64,000 nucleotides of DNA from the NCBI GenBank assembly GCA_964016885.1, contig OZ024742.1, forward strand, positions 24,304,001 through 24,368,000. The letters are read 5' to 3'. The DNA comes from Eledone cirrhosa (taxonomy: Eukaryota). The notes under the pieces were generated by a model. It had not been told where the DNA came from, made no database searches, and saw only the letters and a list, made by a program, of their open reading frames with translations. The position numbers and the translations under genes are program-made. Shown piece by piece: positions 1 through 15,771 of this stretch (position 1 is its first letter; every line of letters begins with the position of its first letter).

Positions 1-410
1 GAGGACTGGGTGGGAGGACTAGGAAGGAATGGGGGGAAGAAGGAAATATAGAGAAAGCGATAAAAAGATATAAAAGAAGATCTTACGTCTACCTTTGCAA
101 GCAGGGGTTACCCATTACAAAGTCGGCAAGTGGGGTGTTACAGCCCTTGTCTACCCCCCATATCTGAGGCACCGACTCAGAACAAAACTGTTAACAAAAC
201 CATATTGAAAGAAATATTTAGAAATGAAACGTCAGCTTAGTCTCTTAGAGAAGCAAATTTTCTTATCAAGTCAAGAGAAGAACATCTAGCTTTAATGGGA
301 GTGCTCCAAAGATCAAATCCAAGTCCCTAATTTTTATTACACTGCTCTAAGGTAATAATTTAATTTTAGTAGAGTTATCACTCATGGACAGTCATCATGA
401 AAAGACTAGA

Positions 411-454
<44 letters not shown>

Positions 455-675
455 TAAAAATAAATAAATAATAAAAATCTCAATTCAGCTTCAAACCTGA
501 AAAACGTAATAAAAAATAACCCCCACCCACTAAATTACTATTCTTAATAATATTTTTTCTCACTCTTTCACTTAAGCAAGAATCATTGAAATGAAAGCAA
601 TATTATGTAATAGCAGCTAAATCTTAACCCAACATTTCTCTTTGAACCACTTTTAGATATAACATATACTTTTAT

Positions 676-2150
<1,475 letters not shown>

Positions 2151-3101
2151 AATGTGGTATGTCGTAATATTTTTTTCTTCTGTATTCACATAGCAAAAAG
2201 ATAAGTTTTCTTTGGACGTCATTTCCAAAATATTTTCTCTGAGAGGGAGAAGAATTTATCTCCTGACAGGCTCAATTAACTTCTATACGCAGAAGGCATT
2301 GGAAAATATGAATGATTAGGGAATTTGTTTTTGTTGGGGGGTGGTGCTGTTATGTTACAGTGTTTGTTGTTATTATTATTATTATTATTGTAAGTAGACC
2401 CTACCCCATCATTTTGTCTTTGACCTGTGTAATGGTTTGTATCATAGTATGCTGTAGTTCTGTTTAGTTATATATGCACAGAAACACATTGATCTATATA
2501 TTGATGTGTATATATTGATGCGTGTATATTGATGTATGTATATATGTACATATTGATGTATGTATATTTATAGCCTGGTTCTACATTCATATATGCATAT
2601 TTTTTCCTGCTCTTATTTATGTATATTAATATATTATCTGAATTTGTATATAACTTTGTGTGGGTGCTGAGAAACAAATATACATATGTATGTACATATG
2701 TGTGTATATATATATATATGTGTGTGTGGGGTGATTATCATCATGATTTAACATACATTAATGATGATGATGACACCTAATGGATGTGTGTGTGTATGTA
2801 TGTATATGTGTATATGCGCACATGAATAAACAAAGTATACATTGGTTATATCACGTGATGTATATATGTATGCCTACACCTATACATATGTGTAGGGGTC
2901 AGCTAGCTATATTACCTTCAGGTTAACAAGGGAGACATACTGTGTGGTTATGAAAGTAGATTTCTACACTAGCAACTTAGTAACTTAATGGCCATACAGG
3001 TCACCACTTGGCTTTACAATTAACTTTAGGAACCGCATCTAACAGGTCTATACTGCCTCTGTTTTAATCATCAAAATAATCAACAATTATGAGAGGTTTA
3101 A

Positions 3102-3313
3102 CCCATTAGCATTTAAATTGGTCATATTCGGCCAGAATTCCCTCATTTCTTTCCGTTCAAACTAGCTGTAATTGACCACTTATACTGACGTTAAGGTATT
3201 GTTCTCAAAATAAATATCAAAATCTCATTGATTCAATACTGTGAGATATGTGAGATAAAGCCTTTATTGCAAAAATACAATAGTAAATATATAATAATGT
3301 AAATGCTAAAGAG
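3102..3313. mobile_element. piggyBac-like MITE with TTAA target duplication
   Basis: TTAA|cccattagcattta ... taaatgctaaagag|TTAA, i.e. imperfect terminal inverted repeats flanked by TTAA. Confidence 0.65.
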
Positions 3314-3514
3314 TTAATGAAATAACTGACTTTCAACTTGATAACAAAGACAAATATATATATTATATAATAATAATTGTAAAAGAGCTACCAACTATAA
3401 GCAAATTTTTTGAAAACATGGAAGTGTTTCATGTTAAGTAATTATGTTCCATGTTTGTAGATGTATATAGATCAAGTAGTAAATATATACATATATATAA
3501 TGGCCTTATCTACA

Positions 3515-5346
3515 GCACAGTAGATAAGGCCATTAGAAATAAAAGACTAGCATGGAAGGCTTGGGAAAAGGGTGGGAGTAGGGAAGAATATACAGTCGCT
3601 AAGAGAGAAGCTAGACATCAGGTGTACTTAGCACGCAGTGAGGTTGAGAGTGGGAGGTTTGCCAATGTTCTGCGATGGGAAGATCAGAGCCGTGCGGTGT
3701 TCCACATTGCAAGGCAGTGTGTCAATGCAAATCAGGATGTTGTTGGAGATAAATGTGTCCGGAATGATGCCGGTGTACTTAATGTCATGAATGATCAGAA
3801 AAAGGAGGCCTGGAAATGTCATTATGAGAGACTGATGAATGTGGAGAAGGAATGGGAGAGAGAGAAATTACCCTTAGTAGATCCGACAGAGGGACCAGCC
3901 ATTGAGATTGACGAATATAGGGTCCAAGAGGCGATTAAGGAAGTGAAAAATGGTAAGGCTGCTGGACCATCGGGAATAATTGCTGAGATGCTGAAGGCAT
4001 CAGGGGACATAGGCACTAAACTGATTGCACGTATCATCAATCAGGCTATATATAGTGGTGCCATACCCAAAGTCTGGTGCAGCAGTATTCTCATAAATTG
4101 CTTCAAAGGTAAAGGAGATGCTCTGGAGAGGAGCAATTATAGGGGTATAAAACTGATGGATCAGGTTATGAAAGTGGCAGAAAGGATATTAGCACAACTA
4201 ATTAGAGAAAGGGTCAAACTAGATGAGATGCAGTTTGGTTTTGTGCCTGGGAAGGTGAGACAATTGCAAGAGAGGTTCTTAGAGAAAAATAACCCACTAT
4301 ATTTAGCCTTTATTGACCTAGAGAAGGCCTTTGATAGCGTACCCCAAGCTGTCATCTGTTGGTCCCTAAGGAAACTAGGTGTTGAGGAATGGCTTGTGAG
4401 GACCATGCAAACTTTGTACAGAGGTACTCTCAGTAAAGTCAGAGTAGGAATGGAGTTTAGTGAGGAATTCCAGATACAAGTAGGAGTACATCAAGGTTCG
4501 GTCCTCAGCCCGCTCTTGTTCATTATAGTCCTCCAAGCCATAACAGAGGAGTTTAAGACTGGCTGTCCATGAGAACTTCTCTATGCTGACGATCTGGTTC
4601 TTATAGCAGAATCAGTAGAGGAGCTAGAGAATAAATTCTGGCTATGGAAACAGTAGTTGGAAGCAAGAGGACTGAGAGTGAACCTAGCTAAGACAAAAGT
4701 GTTGATGAGTAGAAAAGAGGACAAAACTCTGATTCCGTCAGGGAAATGGCCATGTTCGATATGCAGAAAAGGAACTGGCATAAATTCTATAAAATGCACA
4801 CAATGCAGAAGTTTAGGGATCTGCTTCCTTTGCTGACGAAGAAGGGTTTCTCCCTGCGTACAAAAGGCCGGTTTGTATGATGTCTGTGTGAGGAGCACGA
4901 TGCTGCATGGTAGTGAGACATGGGCAGCAACTGCAGAGGGTAGGCAATGGCTGGGGAGAAATGAGGCAAGCATGCTCCGTTGGATGTGCAGTGTAAATGT
5001 GCATGAACGACCCAGCATGAATGTGTTGAGAGAGAAACTGTATCTGAGAGGGATAGAATGTAGTGTACGAGAGAGGAGACTGAGGTGGTATGGACATGTG
5101 ATGCGCATGGAGGATGACTGATGGGTGAAGAAGTGCCAGGAAATGCCAGTTGAAGGAAGATGTGGTAGAGGTAGACCACGAAAAACATGGGCAGAGGTGG
5201 TGAGAACAGACCTCAGATCATTGAAGCTCACGGTGGAGATGACGAAGGACCGTGATGAGTGGAGAGATACTGTGCTGAATAAGACCCGTCCCACCCTTGT
5301 GAGCAGGGAAGAGCGGACGTAAAATGATGATGATGATGATGATGAT
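3515..5346 (+). mobile_element. 5'-truncated, degraded RTE non-LTR retrotransposon (family RTE-c)
   Basis: RT motifs [29 protein letters not shown], then LLYADD after a stop. C-terminal RLRWYGHV..GRPRKTW. Ends gcggacgtaaaa(tga)n. Confidence 0.95.
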
Positions 5347-5975
5347 TAGTTCTAACACTATGGTACACAGGTGTACCACAGTGTACCACAGCTGTAAAGG
5401 GGATAATTATATTATCACCTATTCCTGTAGGTCAGATTAATAAAGGTGTGACATTGGACAGTAACAGCATCAAAAACATTTGCCAAAAACTTTAAATCCT
5501 TGACCTGCTATTTAGATTGATTGCTTCTTTTCACAAAACAGATAAAATGGTAATAGTTTGGAGAATATGTTGGTAATAAATATAAAAACGCAACTAAGGC
5601 ACTTCAGTTTTAGAATGAACATGTTTAACAGATTCTTAATACTAAATTCTCACACAAGACACAAGTGATATGAGATAAATGTGGATGGTTCACCTGACAC
5701 TGATACTTGCAGAAGTAACAAAATAAGAAATGAATAAGACAATAAAAAGAACAGAAAAAACCTGAAACCTTGCAGTTATTGATGCCATTTGTGCTTAAGT
5801 ACCAAAGGGAGCAGGAGATCACATGATACATAAAATATTCAACATAGTATGAAATACACAGAAATGACATAAAAAGACTGGACACTTATGCTGGTAATAC
5901 TAATACATAAAATATTTGATGAACAAATCCTTGAAAACTATAGGGTGATATCTCTCATCATTATCGGTAAAAAGG

Positions 5976-6190
5976 GTGGTGGATTGGTTGTATAGGTAGA
6001 GCTTTGGACATATTTTGTGGCATACAGTTATGTCCCTTTATGTTCTTAGATCAAATCCAGCTGAGGTTAGCTTCGCCTTTCATCCTTATGGGGAAGTCGA
6101 TAAAATAAAGCACTAGTAATGCACTGAGGTCGATTTAATCAACTTTTCCCTCTCCCAAAATTGTTTGCCTTGAGTCTAAATCAGAAACCA
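5976..6190 (+). mobile_element. Nin-domain SINE
   Basis: gcctttcatcctt..gtcgataaaataaag..tgcactgaggtcgatttaatc core, shared with the copies at 18.3-19.9 kb. Confidence 0.7.
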
Positions 6191-6413
6191 TTATCGGTAA
6201 AGTGTTTGGGTGAATTATTTTCAATAGAATGAAAAGTAAAAGCAAAATGTCAGTTTTGTTTGAAAGTTTTAGACCTAATAGTGGCCAACATCAACACGTT
6301 CATGATCATATTTCTAATGAAATATTTCTATTTTGATTAATTAGTAAAGAATTTTGAACGATTTACTAAAATTATTATTTCATTACCAAGATAGTAACTT
6401 AATATAATGTTCT

Positions 6414-7340
6414 TCATCATCACCGTTTTACGTCCGTTCTTCCACGTTAGCATGCGTTAGACAGGTTGTCCTGTTGTGGGCAGTGTCCAGTTGGCTGACC
6501 TTGTCTTGCTCATACAGGAACTGATTCTGGCTTGATTTCTACAGCTGGATGCCCTTCCTAACACCAACCTCATTTACAGTGAGTGCTCGGTGCTTTATTC
6601 CGTGGCGCCTACACGTCCACTTTACAGTGTGGGCCGGGTGCTTTTTTGCCGTGGCACCTCCATGACCACTTTGCAGTGGGAGAGGGTGGGGACATATTGT
6701 CTATATGCTTCAGCTTCGGCTTGTACTCTTGGGGGTCGGGTCTTCTGCATTACTGCATGACGCCAGAGGTCACGATCATGTGTCATCGCCTTTGAGAGGT
6801 GTAATTGGGTAAGGTCGGCTTTTATAACCTCATACCAGGTCTTCTTGGGTCTCCCCCACTCCGCGGTTTCCATCGACTTCTAGTGCTCTGCACCTTTTTA
6901 TGCAGCTGTCATCCTTCATACGCATCACATGTCCATACCAATGCAACCACCTCTCCTTCACACAGCATTTGATTCCTCTTATGCTCAGTCTCTCTCTCAA
7001 TTCATTTATGCTTTGGCATTCGCGTATATTACTATTACACATCCATCGGAGCATGCTGGCTTCATTTCTTTCTAATCTACGCAAGTCTTCTACAGAAAGC
7101 GCCCAGGTTTCATTACCATGTAACATTGCTGTTCGTATACACGCATCATACAGTCTGCCTTTTATTTTGAGGGAAAAGCCTTTTGCAGCTAGCAGTGGCA
7201 TTAGCTACCTGAACTTCTTCCATCCCGTTCTTATCCTAGTTATTGTACCTTCCGAACACTCACCTCCACTGCTAATTCGGTCACCTAGGTAGCAGAAGCT
7301 GTCTACTGTTTCTACTGAGCCCTCCTAGAGTTTGGTGGTA
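6414..7340 (-). mobile_element. 5'-truncated RTE (family RTE-a), apparently inserted in an old TTAA MITE (~6291-7471)
   Basis: Closely similar to the 3' end of 49613-53232 (LYDACIRTAMLHG..WYGHVMRM, same 3'UTR). The right flank ends aagagggTTAA. Confidence 0.9.
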
Positions 7341-8472
7341 CTTGTTTCCTGTGGCTGTTTTCAAAAAGAATATTGTTAGGTTTCAATTTAAGTAGGAACT
7401 ACATTAAAATATGTGATTCTGTTTCTAAGAACCAAAGCCGGTTTGAGCCAGGTTGATATTAAGAGGGTTAAATTTACTTTTGATTTGATCTGTATGTGAA
7501 GGACATGGTCAACTGGCCTGTTTAATTTCAACATGACCAACTGTCCAACCCATGCAAATACGGAAAATAGATGAACAGAGATGATGATGATGATATATGT
7601 GCCTCTGTGCATAAAGAAATAATCAATTATATGGCATTATAAAAGATTTATGAAATACATATTTAAAACTCTACCAATGTTATTGAGTTCTCTCTAACTG
7701 AGAGTTGTATGTATCTCAGTTGACTGGTAAGCATTCACTAATGTGTATATAAGGTACATGAATGTTTACACACACTTTAATATGTATATGTGTTTATGGG
7801 TGATTAAACACACTAGTGTTTATGTATTTCAGTATAAATTTGTTGAAAGTGTAAAGCAGAAATATATTTCTAACCCTATTATATATTCATATATTTTTTC
7901 CTCTTTCTGACACAAGCAAAGTCTGTCTAATATATTTGTGTGATTGTGTATGTGAAATATAGATTTCTGTAAAATGATGTATGTGATTCTCCCCTTAGCA
8001 AGTCAGTGCAATATCAATACTATATATTTTTACATGCTGGGCTTTAGGACAAAGCTAAATATATATTCTTATCTAGAATTAATGTGACTCTTAAACTTTA
8101 AACATTTTTTCACAGTTAAACTCGAGAAATTTAAAAACTACTTGTGCTTTATCAGCAAAAGCCACTTCAATAACATTTTGAAAAACATAGATGCTTTATG
8201 TTAACTCTTAACATCCTCTAACGATTCAGCAGAAAATATCTAAAATGGGGTTGGTTTAATTCAAATTTTTATTGCATCTTTTGCAGTACTGGATCAGAAA
8301 CTTGAAATATTAATGTGAAGCATGGAGATGTTGTGTTGCATATTTTTCAGAGTTGTCTTGCCAATGTGATACAGTACGTTAAGAGATAAAGTATTGTGCA
8401 TAGATAATTTTAACATTTTAAGCAGGTAAGGATGGTCATTTCAGTGGAAAATCAGAGAAATATTTGTTATAG

Positions 8473-8562
8473 GCTTTATGCTGCTTGTATCTGCCGTGAT
8501 TGTGAATGGGGACGGGCTCACTTCACAGAAGAGCAATTTGAATATTTATTACATTGTTTTAG
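8473..8562 (+). CDS. candidate host-gene exon (90 nt), product unknown
   Basis: ttgttatag acceptor and AG|gtgaga donor, length divisible by 3. Open in two frames (LYAACICRDCEWGRAHFTEEQFEYLLHCF or FMLLVSAVIVNGDGLTSQKSNLNIYYIVL). No family recognised. Confidence 0.35.
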
Positions 8563-9386
8563 GTGAGATCTTTTAAAATTTTACACTATCTTTTTAGTGC
8601 CAAACAATATTTTTATATTAAACTGAGCATTTTAGTTGTTTTGGTGGGGCATGGATAAAATAAAAATATAAGAACCACTATATTTCATCATCATCATCAT
8701 CATTTTGTGCCTTCTTTCCATGCTGGGATGGGTTGGATGGGCTGTCACAGACTGAGATAAGATGGATTGGAGCAAAACATCTTGCTCATTATGTTCCATA
8801 TTTTACAAGGTTGCTATGACTGCATGCTCTTTCTAACATCAACTACCTTATAGGGTGTACTTGGTGACGTTTCTTGTGTCCTGTATGCACATCTCCCATG
8901 GGTCAGCAGGGTAACATGCCAATATAGGCACTTTACTAAAAAAACAAGATTTGGTATTGGGGAGTGCATGTGACTGTAGAATACTGCTTTATGAAGTCTC
9001 ACCAAACCCATACCAGCATGAAAAAGCAGGTGTAAAAACAGTGATATATGGCAAACTGTATCCGAATATAGTTATGATAAAAACATTTGGTATTTTTATG
9101 AGTCTTTGTGACCAACTCTGGTTTCATTGAGTATTTGTAGTTATCTGTAATTCTTCATCTTATTTCATCTAAATATTAATTGCTAGTAGATTATCTAGAC
9201 ATTTGATCATCTAATCAAAGTATACTAGATTCAATTCTTATATCAGCACTTGGATTTGGTTTCATGGTATTAAGCGTCTTGTAAAATAAATCATTTTCTT
9301 GTAAAAAAAATCATTTTCCATGAAAATTATTTGGTAAGAAAATCCCAAGATGGCTTATTTAAAAATGTGTTTGTGATGAAGAAGCC

Positions 9387-10349
9387 GTCATGTGGCACGA
9401 TGCAGCCAATCAGATGGCTGGGATTGAAGAAGACAAGCTGTACGCGGGAAAACAACATTTTTGAGTCTCCATTTGTAATTTTAACAGAAGGTTGAAAGCA
9501 AAATTCTATATCCAGAAAAATCCTTTTTTTTTTAAATTTTTTTTTTTGTTTTTAACAAACTATGCTTGCAAGGCAAGTTGTTCTTAGTCGGTGGTCACTG
9601 TACTCATTTTATCAACTAATAGAAATATACCAAACCACCTCAACCGGATAGAAGACATCGCATAATTTTCAATCCAAAAGAGAAATTTTTTGTAGTCTTC
9701 GAAAAAACTTTCTTTTGTGTTGTATTTTTGTGTTCGTCTGTAGTCACTAGTGTTACCATGAAAGTTATGACAGAAATATTGTGCAGGCCGCGTGCTTCAA
9801 CAAATGGAATATTATGAATTTTATGGACTTACGCTAAGTGAGTCTAGCTACCCGATTCGAACATTTCAAATGTTAAGCCACTCCACATTGCCATTAAAAC
9901 GAATGGCGAATTCAAATAGGCTGCGTTTTCATACTTAATCGTCGAAGGTCACCAATTTAGCAGAGAAGTATTTAGAAGTAGTAATGTTGCCACGAGGAAC
10001 CACCCTTGGTAGAAAGATATGATAGGAATATCGACAACGACTTTAGCTTGTTTTTACATTATTTATTAACAAAGGTTGAGCTGGCATGCCAAGAGAAATA
10101 AAACAAACGGATTAAGATTTCAGAAAGACACGGGCTACTGGCTGTTTAAGTGTTGCCAGGCCGTGGTTAAATTGTTGTGTTACATATTGGCTAGTGATTT
10201 CACGGCAAAAGAAAAGTATTGTTTACCTTAGCACGGTCGAGCTGCAAGACTGAGATTCCTCAAATCTTTGCGGGCTATTTCTCCCTCAGGACGCGTAGGG
10301 ATACATCCTCTTCTCCTGGCGCTGATTGGCTGAGCTGAGCCAAATCACG
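9387..10349. mobile_element. possible old non-autonomous DNA element with degenerate inverted ends
   Basis: cgtcatgtggc..cagccaatcag at the left and ctgattggctg..gccaaatcacg at the right. The interior is CpG-richer than the flanks. Confidence 0.3.
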
Positions 10350-10793
10350 CATGGAGAATGTATGTGAGCCCGCGGATTGTAGGTCACTACAAGTATATGG
10401 AAATATTTACATTACATTAGCGAAAGAACAGTAATAACTAAAATTTTGTTTAGTGCTGATGCTACGATAAAATACACCAAATGCAGTTTGTTGAATGCTT
10501 GAGCATATGTAAGCTAGAAGCAGAAATAGCTTGTTTTTGAGGTCAGTAGCTTCAATTAAGTACTGGCTTGGTGTGTGGTGATCCAATCAATCCTTAATAG
10601 CAGGGAAAACAAATATTAAATGATGATTATGGTAATAAAATAAGGCCTGAACATAGCTTTAAAAGTGGCCTTTAAGATACATAATACAACCAAGAAACCA
10701 CTCAAACTATTCATCATTATTTTATTCTCATATAAAATAGTTTAGATTTTAGTCCAGGATATTAGGTAGTTAAGAGAATTTTTCTTTTCACAG

Positions 10794-10856
10794 ACAGACT
10801 CATTTCCAGTGACTATCTTTAGACTGGATACTTTTGTGGTTGAGCTGTATTTCAAG
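10794..10856 (+). CDS. candidate host-gene exon (63 nt)
   Basis: ttttcttttcacag acceptor and AAG|gtaaat donor. Phase-0 reading is TDSFPVTIFRLDTFVVELYFK. Confidence 0.3.
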
Positions 10857-11789
10857 GTAAATCAGTTGATGGTTACATGTGAACACACTAATTTGCATTT
10901 GTCAATAACTTTACATTTCTCCTCAATTTTCCTAAGTTCTAAATGAAATGTAATAAGTCTTGCTAAATTCTTTAGAACAAGATCTGACATTGCATGCAGT
11001 GGAAAATTAAAGCCCCCAAATATCGATTTGTCATGAACACTATTACAGAAATGGAGACAAAGAGTCAATATAAAAGAACCTCAAACTTTTATTTAATATC
11101 AGAGAAATTACAGTTAAATGTTTAACACAGTAAAGCTGTTGGGCATCGGGTCAAACCCAGCTTGCAGATATTCGGTTGTCTAATTTATCTGATTTACTTC
11201 AGTCTGTTGTGCTATTATAAAGTAGACGCCAATGATTTCTACTGGCTTAATATCTTGATATCATTTCTATAACTCTCAGAGATGGAAGCAGTAGATAGTA
11301 ATCACCTAGAGAGGCTGCATTTTCTTAAGAATTAAATATTCATTTCTATCAGAACATTGCAAGGTCAGGGCCAGATTTTGAAGGCATGACAGTAGTCGGT
11401 TTATGTTGTAGTGTTCTATAGGACAAACAGGCTTTAGCTATCTTTGCATGTGTACACTAAAAGATACATTAGATAGTTATATATTTTTGCCATAAAGGGT
11501 CAGCAGGATTAAAGTCTCAAACATTATTATCTTTCCATTGGTAACTACTTACCCTGCTCTTTAACTGACCACTTGTCAAATTGTAATTAACCCATTCAAT
11601 ACCATATTTCTAATAAAAGACACTGCCTATGGTTTTCAAATAATTTGCCAATATGTAACATAGCTTTCTCATTATTAAGCAAGCGTTTCGAATGTAACCT
11701 AACAAAGGTTCTTACATACTATTATAATGAAGGTTTTTAGATAAATTCTAACTGCATAAGGGGAATCAGATGTAGTGTTTAAGAGAGAA

Positions 11790-12060
11790 GTGTGTGTGTG
11801 AAGTGTTTTGTTGTATGGTAAGAAAACATGGGTAACAAATGCAGTGGATATATAAAGGCTAAATAGAAATGAAACAAGTATGCTCTTATGGATGCACAGT
11901 GTTAATGTACATAAATGACAAAGTATCATGGAGCTGTGGGGAAAAGCTGGATATAACAGGAATCAGATGTAGTGTGCAGGAGAGAAAGGTGTACTGATTA
12001 TGAACAGGTGATGTATATGGGTGATGATTGTTAGGTGAAGAAATGCCAATAAATCCAACT
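11790..12060 (+). mobile_element. old degraded RTE C-terminal fragment
   Basis: Reads VLLYGKKTW..RLNRNETSMLLWM..GIRCSVQER with stops. Confidence 0.7.
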
Positions 12061-12289
12061 TAAAATGATGGAACACAAATCAAAAAAGAATGCTGTGTGG
12101 AAAAATATCTACCCAAACCTCTAATCATGGAAAAACATGATAATAAACACTTTAAATGAAACTTTTGTATTGTGGAACTAGTTGTTGATTTCAGGTGGTT
12201 TGATATCAAATCATTAAACCCTCCATTATTAAACAATTTATAGTGTACTCTTCATCTTCTCCTTTTTTTTCTTTTTCTTCTTTGCCTGC

Positions 12290-12680
12290 TTATTCCTGGG
12301 AGGGTCTGGGGGGTAGTATTCTCAAGTTTGCCTTCCAGTGAGTCATGTCTAATGTAACTGTCTCCAATTGATCTCACTGGCTCTCGAAGCAAGACCAGCA
12401 GAGCTCATGGATGTTATCCAACCATCTTGTTCCGGGTCTACACCTGGGTCTCTTACCAGTTGGCTTTGCCCATAGGATCTGTCTAGTGATTCTTTCCTGA
12501 AATATTCTAATCACCTGCCGCTAGAATCACAGCTGTAAACTCTAATTTAAAAAAAGTAGCAGTTCTACCTGGAGAGACTCCGATCTCTGAGCTGTGCACT
12601 CTATCGAGTAACATTACTCCAAAACCAATTGGATGAACCCCATTTTGAGCAGTGGTATTTGTGATTCTATTCTTTTGGAC
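12290..12680 (-). mobile_element. old RTE 3' fragment of a different subfamily
   Basis: Minus-strand frames give GVMLLDRVHSSEI and QILWAKPTGKRPRCRPGTRWLDNI, a typical RTE C-terminus. Confidence 0.65.
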
Positions 12681-15598
12681 ATTACCCAAGCATAAATACC
12701 AAATTGAAGACATAGTTTGGCTTTTACACCTACTTCCCATCTTCTGATGACTGAATGGCGAAGCTGGTGCAGCAATAATTGCAATTAATTCAGCCATGGT
12801 GCAGTCTGTCACGCACATTGAATGGTAAAATCTTTTGATTGTGGTTGCTATCATACATGACACATGATTGCTTCAACTATATATAACATATACTACAGTG
12901 CAATGAAAATAGTCAAAAAGCACTATAAAGTAATATCAATATGGTGATATGTAATAGATACACTTAAAGCTACAGACAAACAAAATACAACAGGTCACTT
13001 GTGTTAATTTAGTGCTGGAAGTTTTTTCAAAGTATTAGGTAAAAAAAATTATATCAAAACAGTATTTTATACTGAGAAATGTTGGTTTAAGTGCATTTAT
13101 AATTAATATTTTAACTACACTGTAGGTGAATACTGATTCAAATTAACTTCTGAATGTATATTTCCAGCTAGTATGATTATATTAATGCCTTCTGCATTCT
13201 GTCCGCCAGGGCTGTGGGGAGGCCACCAATATGAGTGACTGACTTTTCATTTTATCAGTCAACTGTTGCTGTCATTAACAAATTAACATACCTGCCAGTA
13301 TTAATCAGTCTGTTAACCTTATATTTAGAGATGTACAATATTTCAATATATGAATTTTTAGCAAACCGGTGCAATATAGGATTGACTATGAAATAGTCAA
13401 ACAAGTTGGATATGTAAACCCTTAGAGAAAGATATTAATATGTTACGTCTGCCGTAGACTGCACAGCTACATTATCTTTACACGAATTTTATGAAGGGTT
13501 GAGCAAATTAATGTAAATACTTGAGACAACAAAATTCCTCTTGAATCCATGTTTGCTGGATTCATATGCTGCATTTAATATTCAAAGAAACAGCTTTTCT
13601 TTTTATAGCTTCTCTCTAAGACATACAATGCTGGATTTACCTATACGATAGTTTAGGACCACATAACCATCAGGTTCCTCATTTTAAAAAATATTTTTAT
13701 TTTAACATTAGTTTTTATTCTTTAACACTAAAACATCAAAAATTATATATATGTATATATAGAAGTTAAAACAAAAAAAGGAAAACAATAACGAAGAGTG
13801 CAGCACAAAGTGAGAGTGGGGGATATATATATTATTTATTCATCATCATTAACATTAATATAAAAAATATTTTTTTAGAGACGGGCCTCAGATTTCATAT
13901 AAGCTTCAGGCCTCAGCTAGGGAATGTCTGACCCTATAGACACAGTTTCCATGTTCCTTAAACTCCAGAGAATTATGCATTCACAGTTATTTATCATTCA
14001 ACCCAGTTATTAATTTATACACAAAAATGTGTCATGTTGAACATATTATATCTTTTATTTTATTGTAATTAATATTTGAATTATTGGGAACACTATCGTT
14101 TTCTATGTTAAGTTGACCATGTTTAGAGAAAATATAAGATTGTAATTTTGTATACAGTACTCTCTTGCTTGTTTATTTAATGAGATGTCTGGCTTCTGGC
14201 TTCCTATCATATATTCACTATAAGCTAAAGGCACCCATGCTGCTATGTTGTGGTGTAAATTCACTTACCAATGCTTGGTAAGTGAATTTAGTGTCAATCA
14301 GTTGAACCTACTTTTGTGGTCTACAGTGTCTGTTCATGTGTGCAGCTGTAGCAGTAGTATATTTGAACCGTCTGCAAACATGGGCCTAATTTGAGTCTTC
14401 CAATGGGAAACTTAGACCTAGATTTACTATAAAGATTGCAACTTTAACCCAAACTTTGTCATATTTCTTCTGCAAGAGTGAACTCACAACATAATGTTAA
14501 ATAACAATGTTAACCACTGTGCTGTATTATTTCTGAAATATATAAATGGCATTTGAGAAGTTGTCTTTTGAGATTTAATTCTAAAATAAGTGTATGGAGG
14601 CGATGGTTTCTTATATTTCCTCATTAGATCTGTAAATCAAATAAAAGCCATGCAATGAGACCAGCTTTGAAACAGTCTGCAGTAAATGTGAAAGAATACT
14701 GACCTTTTGAACAGGAGTCTCTTCAAGAAAGATATTTCCTTCATATCCAGCAAGTATAAAAGAACCCATGTAATCCCGTAAGCAATGAGAATGCACAAAT
14801 GCAGTCAACACATACACATGCACATCTGTGCATACGCATACATATTTCTATACACAGAATGTATATATATTTGAAAACATTTTATAACTGAATTAGTGTT
14901 ATAGGTGTAATGTGTGTGCTTACACACACACACATATATATTCTCACACACACATATTCATACATAGGCACATGTACATACACTCATATATTCAGACATA
15001 TACTCACACATACATGTACACACTCACACATTTATACATATACAGACATACATATACACATACAAATACTCATACATAGACACATGCAAACATACATACA
15101 TACACGCACACACACACACACACACACATACATACACATACTTACATGTGCACACAAATTCATACATATACTCACAGATGCATATACACATATGCATGTG
15201 TATGTGTGTCTATCTGTATGCATGCATTTTGTACATTTATAAACTTTCTTATATAGATATGTCTGTGTGAATGTGTGGATGTGTGTCTGTGTGTCTGTGT
15301 GTGTGGATGTGTGTGTGTGGATGTATGTATGTGTGTGTGTGGGTGACAATAATTTTCTGAAGTGTTCCAAGTTTGCTAACTCTTGAATCTGTTTAGCTAC
15401 CATTTCTGTGGAATTGGTTCCAATAAATTTCCTCAAGAATCTCCCACTGCAGTTGGCAACTGTCATGATAGTGACAGTGAAATGGGCATGATTATTACTA
15501 TCAATTCTTTAACTCTATCAAATCTTCTAGAATGATGTAAGGTCTGTAGATGTAAAAGAAACAAAATATCTGGCGTTTTGTGTGTGTATGTTTTTATA

Positions 15599-15660
<62 letters not shown>

Positions 15661-15731
15661 CGTGTGTATATCTTTGTGTGTTTGTATTATGTATATATTT
15701 GTGTATATATATATGTGTGTGGGGGTGTATA

Positions 15732-15768
<37 letters not shown>

Positions 15769-15771
<3 letters not shown>

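Noticed and set aside
80-185. GC-rich structured segment at the window start
   Set aside because: Some pairing (gtcgg/ccgac, ggggt/acccc) but no recognisable ribozyme or RNA family, and it is truncated by the window edge.
4570-4572. In-frame TGA in RTE/PLE remnants read as selenocysteine
   Set aside because: The TGA aligns to Trp (TGG) in intact copies and co-occurs with other stops and frameshifts, so it is ordinary decay.
4581-5294. Long antisense ORFs overlapping RTE and PLE coding regions (also 50036-52585, 16421-16795, 36202-36666)
   Set aside because: Shadow ORFs on the opposite strand of transposon CDS, with no independent motifs.
8375-8425. Extra upstream exon ending AG|gtaagg
   Set aside because: Weak acceptor, and it would require a 47-nt intron.
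12743-12770. ctgatga..gaag hammerhead-like words (also 52304, 40983, 55124, 17648)
   Set aside because: No stem I/II/III support. They lie inside coding sequence or GAT tails.
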